This document shows positions 35,655 to 49,988 of a stretch of 64,000 bases of DNA, one piece after another. Numbering within the stretch: position 1 is the first letter of the stretch; every line of letters starts with the position of its first letter. The notes beneath the pieces were generated by a model. That model did no database searches, was not told the DNA's origin, and was given only the letters and a program-made list of their open reading frames with translations. The position numbers and the translations under genes are program-made. This DNA is from Octopus bimaculoides (Eukaryota), in the NCBI RefSeq assembly GCF_001194135.2, contig NC_068983.1:136181911-136245910 (forward strand), given 5' to 3'.

Positions 35655-36473
35655 TTGTGTGTCTGTATTTGTCCCCCCACCATCGCTTGACAACCGATGC
35701 TGGTGTGTTTACGTCCCCGTAACTTAGCAGTTCGGCAAAAAGAGACCGATAGAATAAGTACTAGGCTTACAATGAATAAGTCCTGGGGTCAATTTCCTTG
35801 ACTAAAGGCAGTGCTCCAGCATGGCCGCAGTCAAATGACTGAAACAAGTAAAAGAGTAATTATGTACAATCGTCGATACAATTGTTTGTCTGACTCATTC
35901 CAAAAGATCATGCAATTGCTACCACTTTTTCCCCTTTTTCATGGCGTTTTATCATGGCCAGTTTATCTTCCAGCATTATAGCATGACACTTAGCACTTTC
36001 ACTATGAACTTTCTTAGGAGCCATAGGGGCAAAATATAAAGTCACAAATGAATGAGAATGAGAAATTAGCCAATAAACAGACGTAAACAAATCTGAATTC
36101 AAAACAATCACGGGAATCACAAGTGACAACAACACCTAACGGTAAATATTGGAACTACAGTACAATACAAGCTCCAAAAGACAACACAGCTGATTTTATG
36201 ATTTCGTTCCCTAAGCTACACTACTTTATGGTGTGTATCTTAACATTTATTGTATGTATTTTAATATGATTTTATATGCTTTTATTCTTATTTACTGTAC
36301 AGTAACATGATTTTATGTGCTTTTAATGGCTTTCTAGTGATTTTACGATTCCAATATTTGTGACAGACAGACGTAAAGTCGAGTAAAGTGACTTAACTCA
36401 ATTTTTATTTTTCCATATATCATTTTTGAAAACCGATGTATAATTGAGGACAACTTAAGCTGAGCTATGCCTT
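34014..36473 (-). mobile_element. Tigger/pogo DNA transposon, decayed, with a nested SINE and an internal deletion
   Basis: TA|CAGCCATACCTC left end and degenerate gagctatgcct right end (Tigger1-like TIR). Transposase from ATG 36024 to TAA 34453: MAPKK..MLEDKLAMIKRHEKGEK; FKASxxWFxRFK-like motif (CKASQAWFMRFK); IFNIDETGLYWKKLP; ANSKAWVT; KVLLILDNAPCHP. Confidence 0.93.
35452..35856 (+). mobile_element. Young full-length family A SINE inside the Tigger ORF
   Basis: aggcgcaggagtggctgtgtggtaagtagc...gaaacaagtaaaagag, flanked by taat/taat. The transposase resumes across it (STIVHN...DKILAHIKSEAPGMK). Confidence 0.95.
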
Positions 36474-36662
36474 TTTCTGTCACTATATGTCATTTTTTAA
36501 TTACTGATATGACATAATATGTTGCATGTGTTTGTATATTGTTATTATTGTCCTTTTAGTAAACAAATAAGCTCTATTTATTGAATGATTAAGTTACCTT
36601 CTGGCATGAAGAAATGTACCATTTTACACCAAATACACAGACACACACATACACACGCATGT

Positions 36663-36724
<62 letters not shown>

Positions 36725-36731
<7 letters not shown>

Positions 36732-36870
36732 CTATCTCCCCAAGTTCTGCTCACAAGCCATTCATCAATCTAAGGCAAGTAAAGACATTTGTTTAAGGTG
36801 CAGTACAATGAGATCAAGCCTGAAAAAAACCACATGGTAAATAAACTTCTTAACTACATGGCCATGCCTG
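36725..36870 (-). mobile_element. Family A SINE 5' fragment, old
   Basis: cagtttctatct...ctcacaagcc...cttcttaactacatggccatgcctg. Confidence 0.55.
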
Positions 36871-37902
36871 AATCTATGATTGTATAATATTGATAATTTT
36901 CTAAAAACAAATGTGAATTGACATGGCTAAACTCAAACTCATGAGTCAAATAAAGAAATTAAAACTCACTGGAACTTTATACAGGGGGAAAAGGTCACAA
37001 ATTTTAACTCAGCAGGGAAATGAGATTGTTCAATATATTTGTCATTCTGTAGGTCATTATCAACAGAAGTAAACTGAATTGAATCCAATTAGAAAATGAA
37101 ACCAGTTTACAAGCTTCACCTTCAGCAAGTTAACATCTAGTTCTACAGTGTTTGCCAAATAATTCAATGAAGTATTACTACCAGGACTCTTTGAAAACAA
37201 ATAAGTGTAATGATTGTTTATAAATAATAAGGATTAAAAACCCTTTGAATGTGTCACATTAATTCTTCAGTTCAGTTGAAAGCAAATACCATTATCAATA
37301 TAAAATGTCTATACTAGAAGCTGCCAGCAGAAAGGTCATTCAAAATAAAAGCTCTCTGAAGAATGAACTTATATAATAACAATTACAATGCTAAAATCAT
37401 TATCTTTATCATATAGCCTTTCTTTTCTTTTTCTTTTTCACACCAACCATCTCCTATCTTTTAATTTATAGGTAAATAAGAAAAAAAGTAGATCAGTATT
37501 TTCTTGGCTAATTCATCTTAATACAAGATTGTTGGTTGGTATGTAGATAAGTATATTTATACAGAAAAATATAAATATAGATTTGATTACAATGGAGAGT
37601 GTGAATGGCTGAGTTGATATGATAGCAGAGTTCTAGCCAAAAAAGTCAGTGGTTCATATGTTGGCGTTGTTAATGTATCATGTCTGAATCCAAAGCACTT
37701 AACTCTTAACAGCCAAATTTCCTAGCTCTCAGTACACAGACATGCACTGTCAGTCCATCACTGTAAACAAAACTAACGTGTGACCCAAGCACACTTTCTA
37801 ATGTGGTGGTGGTGGTGGTGGTGGTGGTGTGTGTGTGTGTGTGTGTGTATAATTATCAATTATTTTGAAGTGAGGTAACATTAAATATTTACTTACAGAG
37901 AC

Positions 37903-38070
37903 ACAGGCATGTCTGTGTGACTAAGAATTTTGCTTCCAGACCACATGGTTTTGGGTTCAGTTCCACTACATGGTACCTTAGGCAAATAACACTACAGTCT
38001 TGGACTGACCAGAACCTTGAGTGGATTTCATAGATGGGAACAAAAAGAAGCCTGTTGTGTGTGTGAGTGT
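37903..38070 (+). mobile_element. Family A SINE 5' half
   Basis: accacatggttttgggttcagttccactacatggtaccttaggcaa...gagtggatttcatagatgg. Confidence 0.7.
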
Positions 38071-38109
38071 GTGTATGATGCATATATGTATGTGTGTATA
38101 AGTGTGTAC

Positions 38110-38146
<37 letters not shown>

Positions 38147-38459
38147 TGGTCAAAAATAGCATCAAGTATACCATATTAAAAATTGTTTCTTTCTTGTTCT
38201 ATATATATATATATCTTCAGATGCAATACCTGGACACATTGTCAGAATTGTATCCCCACCAGTGACTACTCACAATGACTGATAACAATGTATTTAAACT
38301 CAAGTGAAGTAGTTTTTCTGAGTTGTCACAAAACAGTTTTCCAGAAAAGTATTGTGTACATTCTATTATATAGGTGAACTAAAGCAATATAGAAATTCAA
38401 TGAAGCCATAAAAAAGTACATAAAATCCCCAAACTCCAAAGCATATATAAATAATGGTC

Positions 38460-38933
38460 CTATTGAGAAGCATGTAGGAACTGAAGAAAAAAAAAATCAG
38501 TCTGTTTACACGATAAAGAAAGATTAAGAGAATTTGTTAGCTTAGTTTCAGAATGTAGTTTTTTTGGTCTACCAAAACTGATAAAGAGTACATATTTTTT
38601 GATATCAAAGATGTTAGCCATGTATAAAGAGATGTTCCCATTTCCTTTTTCATTGTTTAACATCATCAACTGCTTGAGAAATTCAACATATTCTTCTGAG
38701 TTGACACTTCTGAGTTAATGATATTCCAGTGTCTTTGCTTTTTCTATCAAAAGTTTCAATCTGCATTTTGCTTCTATTATTGCTTCACTACTTCCTTCAT
38801 GAAAATGAATCCATTGTAGTTTTGTTTCTCTGATGCTTCTCATCATTATCCCTTCAGGAAGAAAAACTATTCTCCTTTCTGCTGTTATTGTAATTGCTGC
38901 CACTGGTGAAGGTAGTAAGATGTCATTTCTCAT
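38460..38933 (-). pseudogene. Decayed reading frame of 158 codons with one internal stop, origin unknown
   Basis: Track ORFs 38715-38933 and 38460-38669 share a frame and are joined by 15 sense codons (LRSVNSEEYVEFLKQ). Confidence 0.3.
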
Positions 38934-39139
38934 ATCATCAGGTGTTTACTCTAGTCTAAAATAGATCCTTAATATCCTGTCAAGAGCTGGTTTCAATGTT
39001 TAGCTTTTACCTGGGTTTTAAGCCTCATTGTGATTTTAGGAGAAGGTACATATATAGGACTGTACACAAGATGCTACATACATCAATAGATAGGTGGCTT
39101 AAAACAAAGAATTACCCACAAGGGGATATATAGAACTGT

Positions 39140-39523
39140 ATTGTTGTTGGCCCTCCGTCACTTATGACGTCGAGGGTTCCAGTTGATCCAATCAACGGAA
39201 CAGCCTGCTCGTGAAATTAACGTGCAACTGGCTGAGCACTCCACAGACATGTGTACCCTTAATGTAGTTCTCAGGGATATTCAGCGTGACACAGTGTGAC
39301 AAGGCTGACCCTTTGAAATACAGGGACAACAGAAACAGGAAGTAAGAGTGAGAGAAAGTTGTGGTGAAAGAGTACAGGAGGGTTCGCCACCATCCCCTGC
39401 CGGAGCCTCGTGGAGCTTAAGGTGTTTTCGCTCAATAAACACTCACAACGCTCAGTGTGGGAATCGAAACCGCGATCCTATGACCGCAAGTCCGCTGCCC
39501 TAACCACTGGGCTATTGCGCCTC
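39140..39523 (-). mobile_element. tRNA-derived SINE with (CAA)n tail (family D)
   Basis: Minus head GAGGCGCAATAGCCCAGTGGTTAGGGCAGCGGAC...GGTTTCGATTCCC. Highly similar to 53934-54321. Confidence 0.92.
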
Positions 39524-39819
39524 TACTACAAACAGTTACACGCAAAGAGCTCAAAATTCTCATCCACTATCCTTAACATAGATTTAGCATTTATTTTTCC
39601 ATTTACATTTTGCCATTTACAGGCTGAAGAAAATCCAAAAAGCAATAACTTTTAATCCATCTAAATTTTGTGGCATTCCTATGCAATCTCCAATGTTCCC
39701 ATGTGTGCTCTCAACATGCAATCAGTTTTGGTCTGTCTCTATGACAGTAACTTCCAGCACCAATCTACAGTGTTTTTCCCTCATCATGTATCATTTATTT
39801 GCAATAACTGTTTTTAACA

Positions 39820-40090
39820 GGGCAGAGGTAGTCCACACTGTAAAGTGGTTGGCATTTGGAAGGGCATGCAGCTGTAAAAATCATGCCAAAACTGACCTCA
39901 CCAGTACTGGTGCCACGTAAAAAGCACTCAGTCCACTCTGCAGGGTTATTGGTGTTAGGAAGGGGATCCAGCCATAAAAACCATGCCAAAACAGACACTG
40001 AATCCTGGTACAGACTTCTGCCTAACCAGCTTCTGTCAAATAGTCCAATCCATGCCAGCATGGAAAGCTGACATTAAATGATGATGATTG
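39820..40090 (+). mobile_element. Family C repeat with internal duplication
   Basis: The motif aaaa.catgccaaaac.gac occurs twice; the copy ends catgccagcatggaaagctgacattaaatgatgatg. Confidence 0.75.
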
Positions 40091-40301
40091 CTACTTTTTG
40101 ATGTTTAATAACACTTTTTAACAGATACTCTATTCTAAAATAAGACAATATATATGATGGAACCAGTTTAAATGAAGCTACCCTCCTGACAGGATCACTT
40201 TTCATTCAGATTCAGAATTTCAAAAATATACACTCCCTTACCTACTTTAAAATTGGTTATTCAATTAATGTATAAGTACATACATTTACATGCATGCATA
40301 T

Positions 40302-40712
40302 ATCTTTTATCTTTTACTTGTTTTAGTCATTAGATGGCAGTGAAGCTGGGGCACTACCTTGAAGAATTTCTTTTAGTCTTGACCCCAGTACTTTTTTTTA
40401 AAACCTGGTACTTATTCTGTCGATTTCTCTAGCCAAACCACTAAGTTATGGGGACATAAACACACCAACACAGGTTGTCAAGCAGTGGTGTAGGACAAAC
40501 ACAAAGATGCATATACATGGAGATATATATATATATATATACAGATACACAATGGGTTTCTTTCAGTTTCTATCTACCAAGTCTGCTCATGAGGCTTTGA
40601 TTGGCCTGAGGCTATAGTAGAAGACACTTGCCCAAGGTGCCACACAGTGGGACTGAACTTGGAACCATGTGGTTGAGAAGTAAGCTTCTTACCACACAGC
40701 CATGCCTGCACC
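40302..40712 (-). mobile_element. Full-length family A SINE
   Basis: cttttacttgttttagtcatt...gaagacacttgcccaaggtgccacacagtgggactgaac...cttaccacacagccatgcc. Confidence 0.9.
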
Positions 40713-40828
40713 TATATGTGCATATAGGTACACATACACACACACAAATCATGTTTAGTTACAGATAATTCACATCACCACAACACCTATAGAGAAAACT
40801 GAATAGAACATTTCATTTATATACATAA

Positions 40829-40871
<43 letters not shown>

Positions 40872-43224
40872 AATTGCAGTTTTTATGATGCACAGTATAT
40901 CAAATTTTTTCTTGTTTATTTTATGTTGTCTTGTAATCTATAAAAACTTCTTATTCTGTAAGTCTTGTGGCAGAAGAAGAGATCATCATCATTATAAGCA
41001 TCATCATCGTTGTCGTCATCATCATCATCATCGTTGTTATTATTATTATTATTTGATGTGTTAGTTACTTCTCTTTATATTTTGTATTCAATTGCTGTTG
41101 GAGTTGAATTTACCTCACAGCTTACAGACTGAAAAACTTGTCCCTTAATATTTTTGATCTTTTGTTTATATAAGAAAAAAGCCTTTGTTTTTATCATCAT
41201 CTTTGAAATGATAACATACTCCAGTATGATGGTGTAAGTATTACATATTCAGAAAGTAAGAAATCACACAATCCCTTTCTTTGATTTATCTGAAACATTG
41301 CTTCCATGAAAGAAATTATCACTGTATTACATCAATACACCCCACACATTTTGTAACTACATCTATTCATACTAAATATTCCTGTCACCATGACCACCAC
41401 AACTACTATTACTATCAATTTCATAAGTAGTAGTAATAGCAGCAACAACAGCAATCTAATAGCACTGCATTTAGTGCTGTAACATTTCCTCTATGTAGAT
41501 ATAGATGAAGATTATGGAAAGATTAAAAAATTTTATTTTTTAATTTTTTATTCAGTTGAATTTTTCAACAAGATCAAGATTATTTTGAAGAGCTGAAGAG
41601 GTAATGACAGACTTAATAGTGACACTGATGCTCCCAATTAACAGAATTTGCAATTCCATTTTGTTTCACATGTACACTAAAAAGCCACACACACACACAC
41701 ACACACACACATCTCTTGTCTTAGAAAGGTAATGAATATCACAACATGCATCTTTACTCTTAAGACTTACATTTTGTGACTGTAAAATATCCATTTTTAC
41801 ATGCAGAATCTGTATCATTAAACAGATTTATTTTAGACTTTATATTGCTATTTAGTAACAGGTTTCCTAAGGGCAAACTGCTGGTTCATTGCATTTATGA
41901 TGGTGACAATGACAAGGGAGTGTCTGTAACTTGGAAGTCCTTTTTCTAAGAGCACAATGCTTTTGCCAATGCTCACATTCTTCACTGACATATGGTGAAA
42001 TATATAAACACATACATACATGGCAGGGAACCACAGTTTCTTCTGGCCAAATTCCACTCAGATGACATTAGTTCAACCTAACATTATAGTAGCAGGCAAT
42101 TTTCCAGGTTGCACACAATGAGATCAAACTTAGAAGTAAGTGGTTACAAAGCAGACTATTTAACCACATAGCCATATGCCATACATACATCCAGATGTTA
42201 TATAAAATTTTTCCACTAGACTGGACACAAATTTATCATTGGTTACATCCTCTGAAGATCTGGTATCTATTGTTCACAGCTTAATGAACTCAGTTAAGAG
42301 TTGTGTACAGAGACAAAACAAAGTGACTGTAACTTTTGAAGTTTGACTTTTGGGAATTAAACAAAGACAGTATGGAACAAATACTCCTTATTATCAAAGA
42401 TCTAGTTTTCATTTTGCAGCAGCAAAATAATATTGTGCTCCTGAATAAATGTTACTATAGCCATTATGTTGAGTTACTTTTTGACAAAACACATAACTGC
42501 TACCATAAGTCTATCTAGCTAACAAATAATGTTCTTCTCTAAATATAATCTTTAACTGTAGGAAAGGTATTAAGCTAGGAAAAAAAATTCTTGAATGAAA
42601 TTTATCCAACTCATGCTAGTAATGAAAATGGTGTAAAATAGTAAATTATTACTGTTATTAATGTCATATAATAGTAATAATGAGGAGGTAAGTTGCATAT
42701 GGTTAAAAAAAAAAAATTTCTCCTGGAATATGAAGAGGACATAAATATAAAGTGTCTACTGCTCTAACAACTGATAATAAAGACCTCCACCACACTCTAT
42801 TTCTGATAAGATCAATATCTTGAAGACCAAGTTCTTTTGTACTTTGTATAAAATATTTGGAATGTGAAATTTTTTTTTCTTTTGATAAGTTGCCTGCAAT
42901 TCAGCTCAAATCACCCTATTTATCTATTATTTTGGTAAAAATGCATAAATTCTACCACATTCTAGGTTTTGATAATGCATTCTTAAATGCATTACCTTAC
43001 AATGTGTATATTATAGGGTCTTTGCTTCATGTGAGAGAACAGTAAAGAAATATGTGAATGACATAGCAACATTATGATGCATTAAGAGTCATCAAACAAT
43101 TTGAGGCATTTAATTATTTTCTTTTTGTATAAAAAGACAATTTGATTATTGAATCAACCAGTCTTATGGTACATCAACAATTGCTTTTTTCTAATATTTC
43201 AAGATGTTATACATAGCTAGGAGT

Positions 43225-43500
43225 AGGCCACTCAACTTAGCTTCTGTTGATCTGAAGAAAGCCTTTGATAGGGTTTGATAAAGTGGTTTCAAAGAAAACT
43301 CTTGTGAGAACTGTGCAAGCCATGAACAAGTGTAGTCAGCAAAATAAGAATTAACAATGTTTGGTATGGAATTTTGTGTGCAAGTTGGTGTTCAATTCTC
43401 AGATGACTTCTGTTTATTACAGTTCTACAGGATATAACAGAGGAGTTTAAGAATGGTTGTCTGTGGGAACACCTCTGTACTGTTGACTCCTAGCTGATTA
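43225..43500 (+). mobile_element. RTE RT fragment
   Basis: LASVDLKKAFDRV (cf. FVDLEKAFDRV) and LFITVLQDITEEFKNGCLWE. Confidence 0.75.
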
Positions 43501-44324
43501 GATCAATGACTTAGAAAAGAAATTCCAAATATAGAAGCAAAACCTAAAATCAGGTGGCTACAAAGTAAATATTGTAAAGACTAAATTTTCAGTTAACAAA
43601 AAAGAAACTAGGACTCTACTACCACTAAGAAAGTGGCCATGTTTGATAGGTAGGAACTCCATACAGTGTACTAGATACTCAAGTGGTGTAGTGGGATCAC
43701 AAGAAGGTTGCATAAGATATTTTCTCTCTTAAAGCTATTTCTTTATTTATGCTCCATTCTTTACATTCCTTCTCATTAATCTCCTTGCTCTAATTTTCTC
43801 CTTTTATTAATCATAATCATGTATTAATTGATGTTCCTTTCTTCCACTTCCCTCTATGTCTATTTCTATTACTCTTCACCCACTCACTTTCATTTTTTCT
43901 TCAAAAGAGTCATAATATGCATGAGATAAGCAAAAAAAAAAACAACAACAACAAAAACAAAAAAGCAGATGATAAAAATATTGAATTAATCCCTACTTCT
44001 ACTGAAAGCATGGCAATGGACCACTGCAAGAGATGGGAATTGAATCACCAAGGAGATAGAATATAACAGGAACTAAATGATATCTCAGAAAATGATTTAA
44101 GGAAAAATAGCTGCTGTGGCTCCATCTGTGTTTCAAGGCAGTGTTTCATATGGCCTGACTATATAGCAATGGATATTTTCCACTGGACTGTAGTACAATT
44201 AGAGAAAAACAATGTACAGTAATGGCAGAGATCACAACAAAATGAAACAATACATCAATTAGCATAATGCAACAGAATGTGAATAATTAATTTAATCCTT
44301 AGGTAAAAGGACAATGGAGATTAT

Positions 44325-44680
44325 CATCATCATATCCTTTAATGCCTGTTTTTCATGCTGGCATGGGTTGGACAGTTTGACCAGAGCTGGCAAGCTGCAC
44401 CAAGTTTCAGTCTGATTTGGCTTAGTTCCTACAGCTGGATTGGATGCCCTTCCTAATTCCAACCACTGTACAGTGTATGCTGGGTACTTTTAATGTGCCA
44501 CTGGCATGAGCACTTTTACATGACACTGGCACAAGTGCTTTTTACAAGGCACTAGCACAAGACTCTTGCAGGCCAATCCTGTTAACCAGGAGATGCAGCT
44601 TTAACTCTTCTGCTGTGGAGGACAGGGTTTTTTGAGTATAGCAAGGCACCAGGTATCTCAGTCCTTTGTCATCTTATCTG
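44325..44680 (-). mobile_element. Family C repeat
   Basis: catgctggcatgggttggacagtttgac...ggatgcccttcctaattccaaccac, with a short internal tandem (ca)ctggca. Confidence 0.8.
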
Positions 44681-46269
44681 CTTAATTAATTGATTCAACT
44701 CCAGTACACAACTGGTATTTCTTATGAATGACCAAGGAAGAAGGAAAATTTCACCAATTCTGCCAATTTGCTAGAAATAATGAAGCTTCAATTGCAAGAC
44801 ATAAAATTAATGCTAATAAGGAAGACACAATATAATACTAAAATGGCATCAAGCTGAATATCATTTTTTATCCTATAGCAGGAATTCATTCAAATATCTG
44901 CTCTTAGTAATAGTTTGCTTCTTTTTTTTTTCTTTTGTTGCAGTAGAAATTCATTGAAATGTCTTCTAAGTAAGCCTTATTGAACATTTTCATAATGCTG
45001 AATGTATTTTAGCATCTAAAAATATTTAGTAATCCTTCTCATTTCAATTGAATAAACAATTGATGGAAACTGGTAAGTAATAGAATGCCTGTCATTAAAG
45101 AAAAAATATATATATATATAGCTCATAAATAATATATATTTGCATGAAATGGTGAAATTTTCCTTTCTGGCTCTTTGTGCTAAGTAAATGAATAAATAAG
45201 TAAAAGGGCAAATAGATAACGAACAAAACAACAACAAAAATCCAATGCTAAGCAAATGCCAGTAGGTGCAAAAGTGATCAAATGATAATAGAATAGTTAA
45301 GACCAGCATAATGATAATGACCAGCACCACCAACAACAACTCCACTGCCAACTATATCACCCTCTTTGCTGCCATACATCGTCACAACCATCACTACTAT
45401 TAATAACAACAACAACAACAATTTTACTTATCTACTTTAAAAGTCAATTTCAATCAGTGAGTCATTGAGTGAATGAGTGAGTGGATGGATGGGTAGGGGG
45501 AATTTTCTAAAAGGACAACACAGATGCAACGTGAAATGATGTATTTTGTGAGTGCATGCATAAATATGTGTGTGTGTGCACACATATAAACAGTTCTCAG
45601 ATTTGAGGCTGGTTTGATAAATGCTAATCATGAAACTCTTGGCCCTTGAGTTACTTTTGTAACTTTCAGCCAATTAAAAATACAAAATTATATACATACA
45701 TACATGCAAGCATATTGATAGACAGAAATAGAGATCTAGGCACATCAATACCGAGGAAGCCAGAAATAGGTAGGTACAATAACATAGGGTTCACAGTGGT
45801 ATCAAGTGTTGGTATGATACTATGGATGTGTAAGTACCAAATCCAATTTAAACTGTAGATCTCACTCAAGGTTGGTTCTAGGTGTGGCATAGGTATAAAA
45901 AAGGAACAAAAATGGGGTTTAAAATTTACAACAGCTGTTTCAGTAGAATTTTGCTGATGTATTCATAGATTACATCATAACATTTAATCCACCATCTTCA
46001 GGTAAAATTTTAAACAAGTATCAAACAGGTAAGATGTATCAATTATGACAAATACAACCAACATTGTTGGGCAAGAAAATAACATTCAAATTTAAAGAGA
46101 AAATAAAAGGAGTGGCTTTAAATGACATGCAAGAAACAAGGAGATCAAATGACAACATTAATTTCAAAACACTTATCTAAATTAGTGTGTAGCTAATACA
46201 AGAATCACAGACATGCTGCAGCCATGAGTTGTCCTTAAGGTCATTAAAGTCAAGTGGATATCTTGTAAG

Positions 46270-46690
46270 TTAAGTGAGATAAAAGAAAGCAAACGTCCGG
46301 TCAGCAGGGTGTCATGTAACTGGCATTGGGCTTCACAGAGGCAAAGTGGCCAATGCCGATGGCATGTGAAAAGCGCTTTTCGATTGTTGGGCCTCATGGA
46401 GGCAATGAAGAATGGCTGGGACCCTTGGTATTATGTCATGCTTGAAAAGAAGACCCAGCAAGCCAAGTAAAATCACAGTCATGGCAGATACTGGTGCCAT
46501 GCTGGTGGCATGTAAAAGCACCCATTACACTTTTGGAGTGGTTGGTGTTAGGAAGGATCTCCAGCTGTAGAAACTATGCCAAATCAGACTGGTGTCTGGT
46601 GCAGCCTTCCAGCTTGTCAGCTCTGGTCAAACCATCCAACCCATCCCAGCATGGACAATGGACATTAAACGATAATGATGATGATGATGA
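46270..46690 (+). mobile_element. Family C repeat
   Basis: gagtggttggtgttaggaagg..tccagctgtagaaac...catccaacccatcccagcatgg...gacattaaacgataatgatg. Confidence 0.85.
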
Positions 46691-46708
46691 TATATATATA
46701 TATGTATA

Positions 46709-46895
46709 TATGAGGAGTGTTGAAGAGTTCCTGGTTTTGGGAAAAAGAAAATACTGGAGGATTAGTTAATTATGATTTTATTCAACATATTCTCCTCTCA
46801 GATTCACTCACTTATTGCAAAAGTCCTTCAGCTTTTCTAAGGTCTGTAAAATGAATTGGAAAGTTGGGCCTCCAACCAGGCCTTTCATGATACCT
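46709..46895 (-). mobile_element. Mariner (irritans-like) right end
   Basis: TA|TGAGGAGTGTTGAAGAGTTCC. Minus translation AWLEAQLSNSFY and NK*VNLRGEYVE* matches the KCVxLxGxYVE mariner C-terminus. Confidence 0.7.
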
Positions 46896-46926
46896 TTAAA
46901 GCCAGGATCTTTTCAGCACCCCCTTA

Positions 46927-46959
<33 letters not shown>

Positions 46960-48336
46960 ACACATTACACACACACACAATCTTCTTTCTTTCTGTCTTT
47001 TGCTTGTATCATCTTCCCCCCACCCCTGTGATCGTTTTTCTTTTATGCTTCTTTGTTATTACAGCAGTGGTTGGTTTTCAAAACAAAATATGGTGGGAGG
47101 GCTGAATTTTATGGAGGGATCAAATAACTGTCAATAATAGCCTGATGAATATGTCAGGTTGTTTAGAATACAGAATAAAAGAGAAGGTTGCAAAGAGAAT
47201 GAGATAACAAAAGAGCAAAAGAGAAAGTTATAAAGGGAGAGTAAGATATCAATAATATAGAAATAGCTAAAGAGATAAATGAAGAGAGAGAAAGATGGTG
47301 GGAGAAACACACAGTGAGGAAAGAGAGGGAGAGAGAGAGAGAGAGAGAGAAAAAGCACTAGTAATTTGTAATTTAGTATGATAACAAGAATGAAAAGTTG
47401 ATCCTTGGGTATTCACATACATGTGAGTGTGTGGGTGTATGTAGGTTTGGAGCAGTACATATATGTATATGCATGTGTGTGTGTGTATTAAACATATCAA
47501 GAGTCAATACACTAAATTATTAATATTAGATTAATATTTCTAACTAGTATGCTTATATATTTATATATGCATTTGTCCATTTGCTGGTGTGTGTGTGTAT
47601 GTGTATTTATGTACATATGTATGTATGTATGTATATATATATATATATATATATATGTAAATGTCTTGAGCATATATATTTGTGAGCATGTGCATATGTA
47701 TCTATGTAGAGTGTATCTGAAATTATGAGTGCATATGCATGTGGAAGCACAATAAAATCACTCAATAAAATGAGTTATGAAGTATTATACGTGTGTGCAT
47801 ATATTTGTATATTTTATGTGTATGCATGTATAAGTGTGTGATTGATCATTTGTATTTATGTGCATTTGTGCATGTACAGATATCAGAATGCCTGTATGTG
47901 CCTGCATGCACACAAGCATGTGTGTGTGTGTATGTGTGTGTTTGTGTCTATATATTAGAAAAATGTTCAGCTATTAAATATGAACTGTAAATAAATGAAA
48001 TGTGTATGAATGAGGATGAGTGTGATGGTATGTTCACATTCATGACTATGGTGAGAAAGACCTGCTAATACTGGCATGGTTTCTGGTGGTTAAAGAGGAT
48101 GATGCATTTTCTTCAGACAAATATATAGTTATATTGCATTCCTTATCAAAAGTAGCTTGAAATAGGAATAAATGTCTTGTCATGGTTCAGGTTGTATTAT
48201 GATACTATGAAGGACATTTAACAATTCAAGCATGAATGTATGTGTGCTGAATTATGTAATTCCCACTAGTAAGGACATTGAACCAATGAAATAATTATAT
48301 TTATATCATCATCATCTACAAGTGTGTGTGAATGTT

Positions 48337-48419
<83 letters not shown>

Positions 48420-48819
48420 TATTTCCATTAGCAATAGCAATTTTTCTCTCTACACAAAGCAGACCATATGAAGAAAGTGTAAGAAGTATGTAGCTTTATA
48501 GCAGTGAAACAATGACCAGTGGAAGCAGAGTATTTGCAATAATCTGAGAGGAAAATAATGAGAGAATAGTTGTTTGGATGTGTAAGTGTTAACTCAAAAG
48601 GAGAAGCTGAGTACAAGTCAGCTGAAAAATTAACTGAGTATCAAAATCATATTCTGATGTATGCAAATGCACATTTCTGCAAAGTGTAGATATGTTTTAT
48701 GATAGAATATTGTATGGTGTTTACAAAAAAAAGCTACAAGATTGGATATGATAACATTAAAATGCAGCAATGCAGAACCATCAAGTATTGACAGCAAGTA
48801 AAAACATTAAAATTTCATC

Positions 48820-49210
48820 ATCCATGATGAGCTTAAGCCAGATAAGATAATCTTTCACCACTTTTTCATCTTCCTTTCACTTTGATTACTTGATGCTCTT
48901 TTGCCCAGATGTCATCCCCTATACACATCATATGTCCATACCAGCTCAGTTTTCTCACTTGAGTGCTACATTTGATCCCTCTTATGCCTTACTTTTTTTC
49001 TTAGCCCATTAGTGCTGTATCATTCATGCTTACTGACATTACACAGCCAGCAGGTCATGCTTGTCTAATTTCTTTTCAGTCTTTGTACATCATTTGCATT
49101 TGACACCAATGCCTTGTACAATCTGCCTTTCACTCAGAGAGAGAATGCATATACTATCAGTAGAGCTAATGGTTCCCTGAAACGTTTCCATCTCCTTCTT
49201 ACTTTATGTT
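48820..49210 (-). mobile_element. RTE LINE C-terminal remnant
   Basis: RWKRFREPLALL..FSL*VKGRLYKA and SMTCWLCNVS. Confidence 0.75.
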
Positions 49211-49395
49211 TTTGGAATGCTCTCCTCTATTGCTAATTAGGTCGGTCACTGAGGAAATGAAAGATACTAATTGCATCGAGGGTGCCCTCTGAGCTTTTGA
49301 AACACACACACATACATTTTAAAAACTCAGAGGCCACCATCTATATATCGACGGACATGTAGATAAATAGATAGACAAAGTGAGAGAGAGAGAGC

Positions 49396-49475
<80 letters not shown>

Positions 49476-49956
49476 CATACAAAGATTAATTCATCAACAA
49501 GACATTAGTTAATTAATTAATGGAATTTATTTATGAATGCCTGAATTAGTGGTTGACATCTTGTCAAAAATAATGATGACTGAACAAATAATACTTTTCT
49601 ACTGGCTTCACAATTTGTAATTTGAAAATATACAATTTCTCAGCAGGATTACATTAGAGTCCATAACCAAAGCAAAGAAATATTGAAGTAAAGCCTCAAC
49701 AAAATCTGTTAACGTAATAAGTAGAAGTAGTTAGCCAATATGTGAGAGATGAATATTCAGTTCATAGTTAGTTCACATTTGTTCTCTTTGAACCAATATC
49801 TATGCATGTATGTATGTATGTATGTATGTATGTATGTATGTATATATGTATGTATATCAGAGGGTACTCCAGGTCATCAGCATCACTCAGGCTGATCACA
49901 GATTTTGCATAAGACACATGCCTGCTCAAAGAATTTTGCTTTTTCCACTTTATATA

Positions 49957-49988
<32 letters not shown>

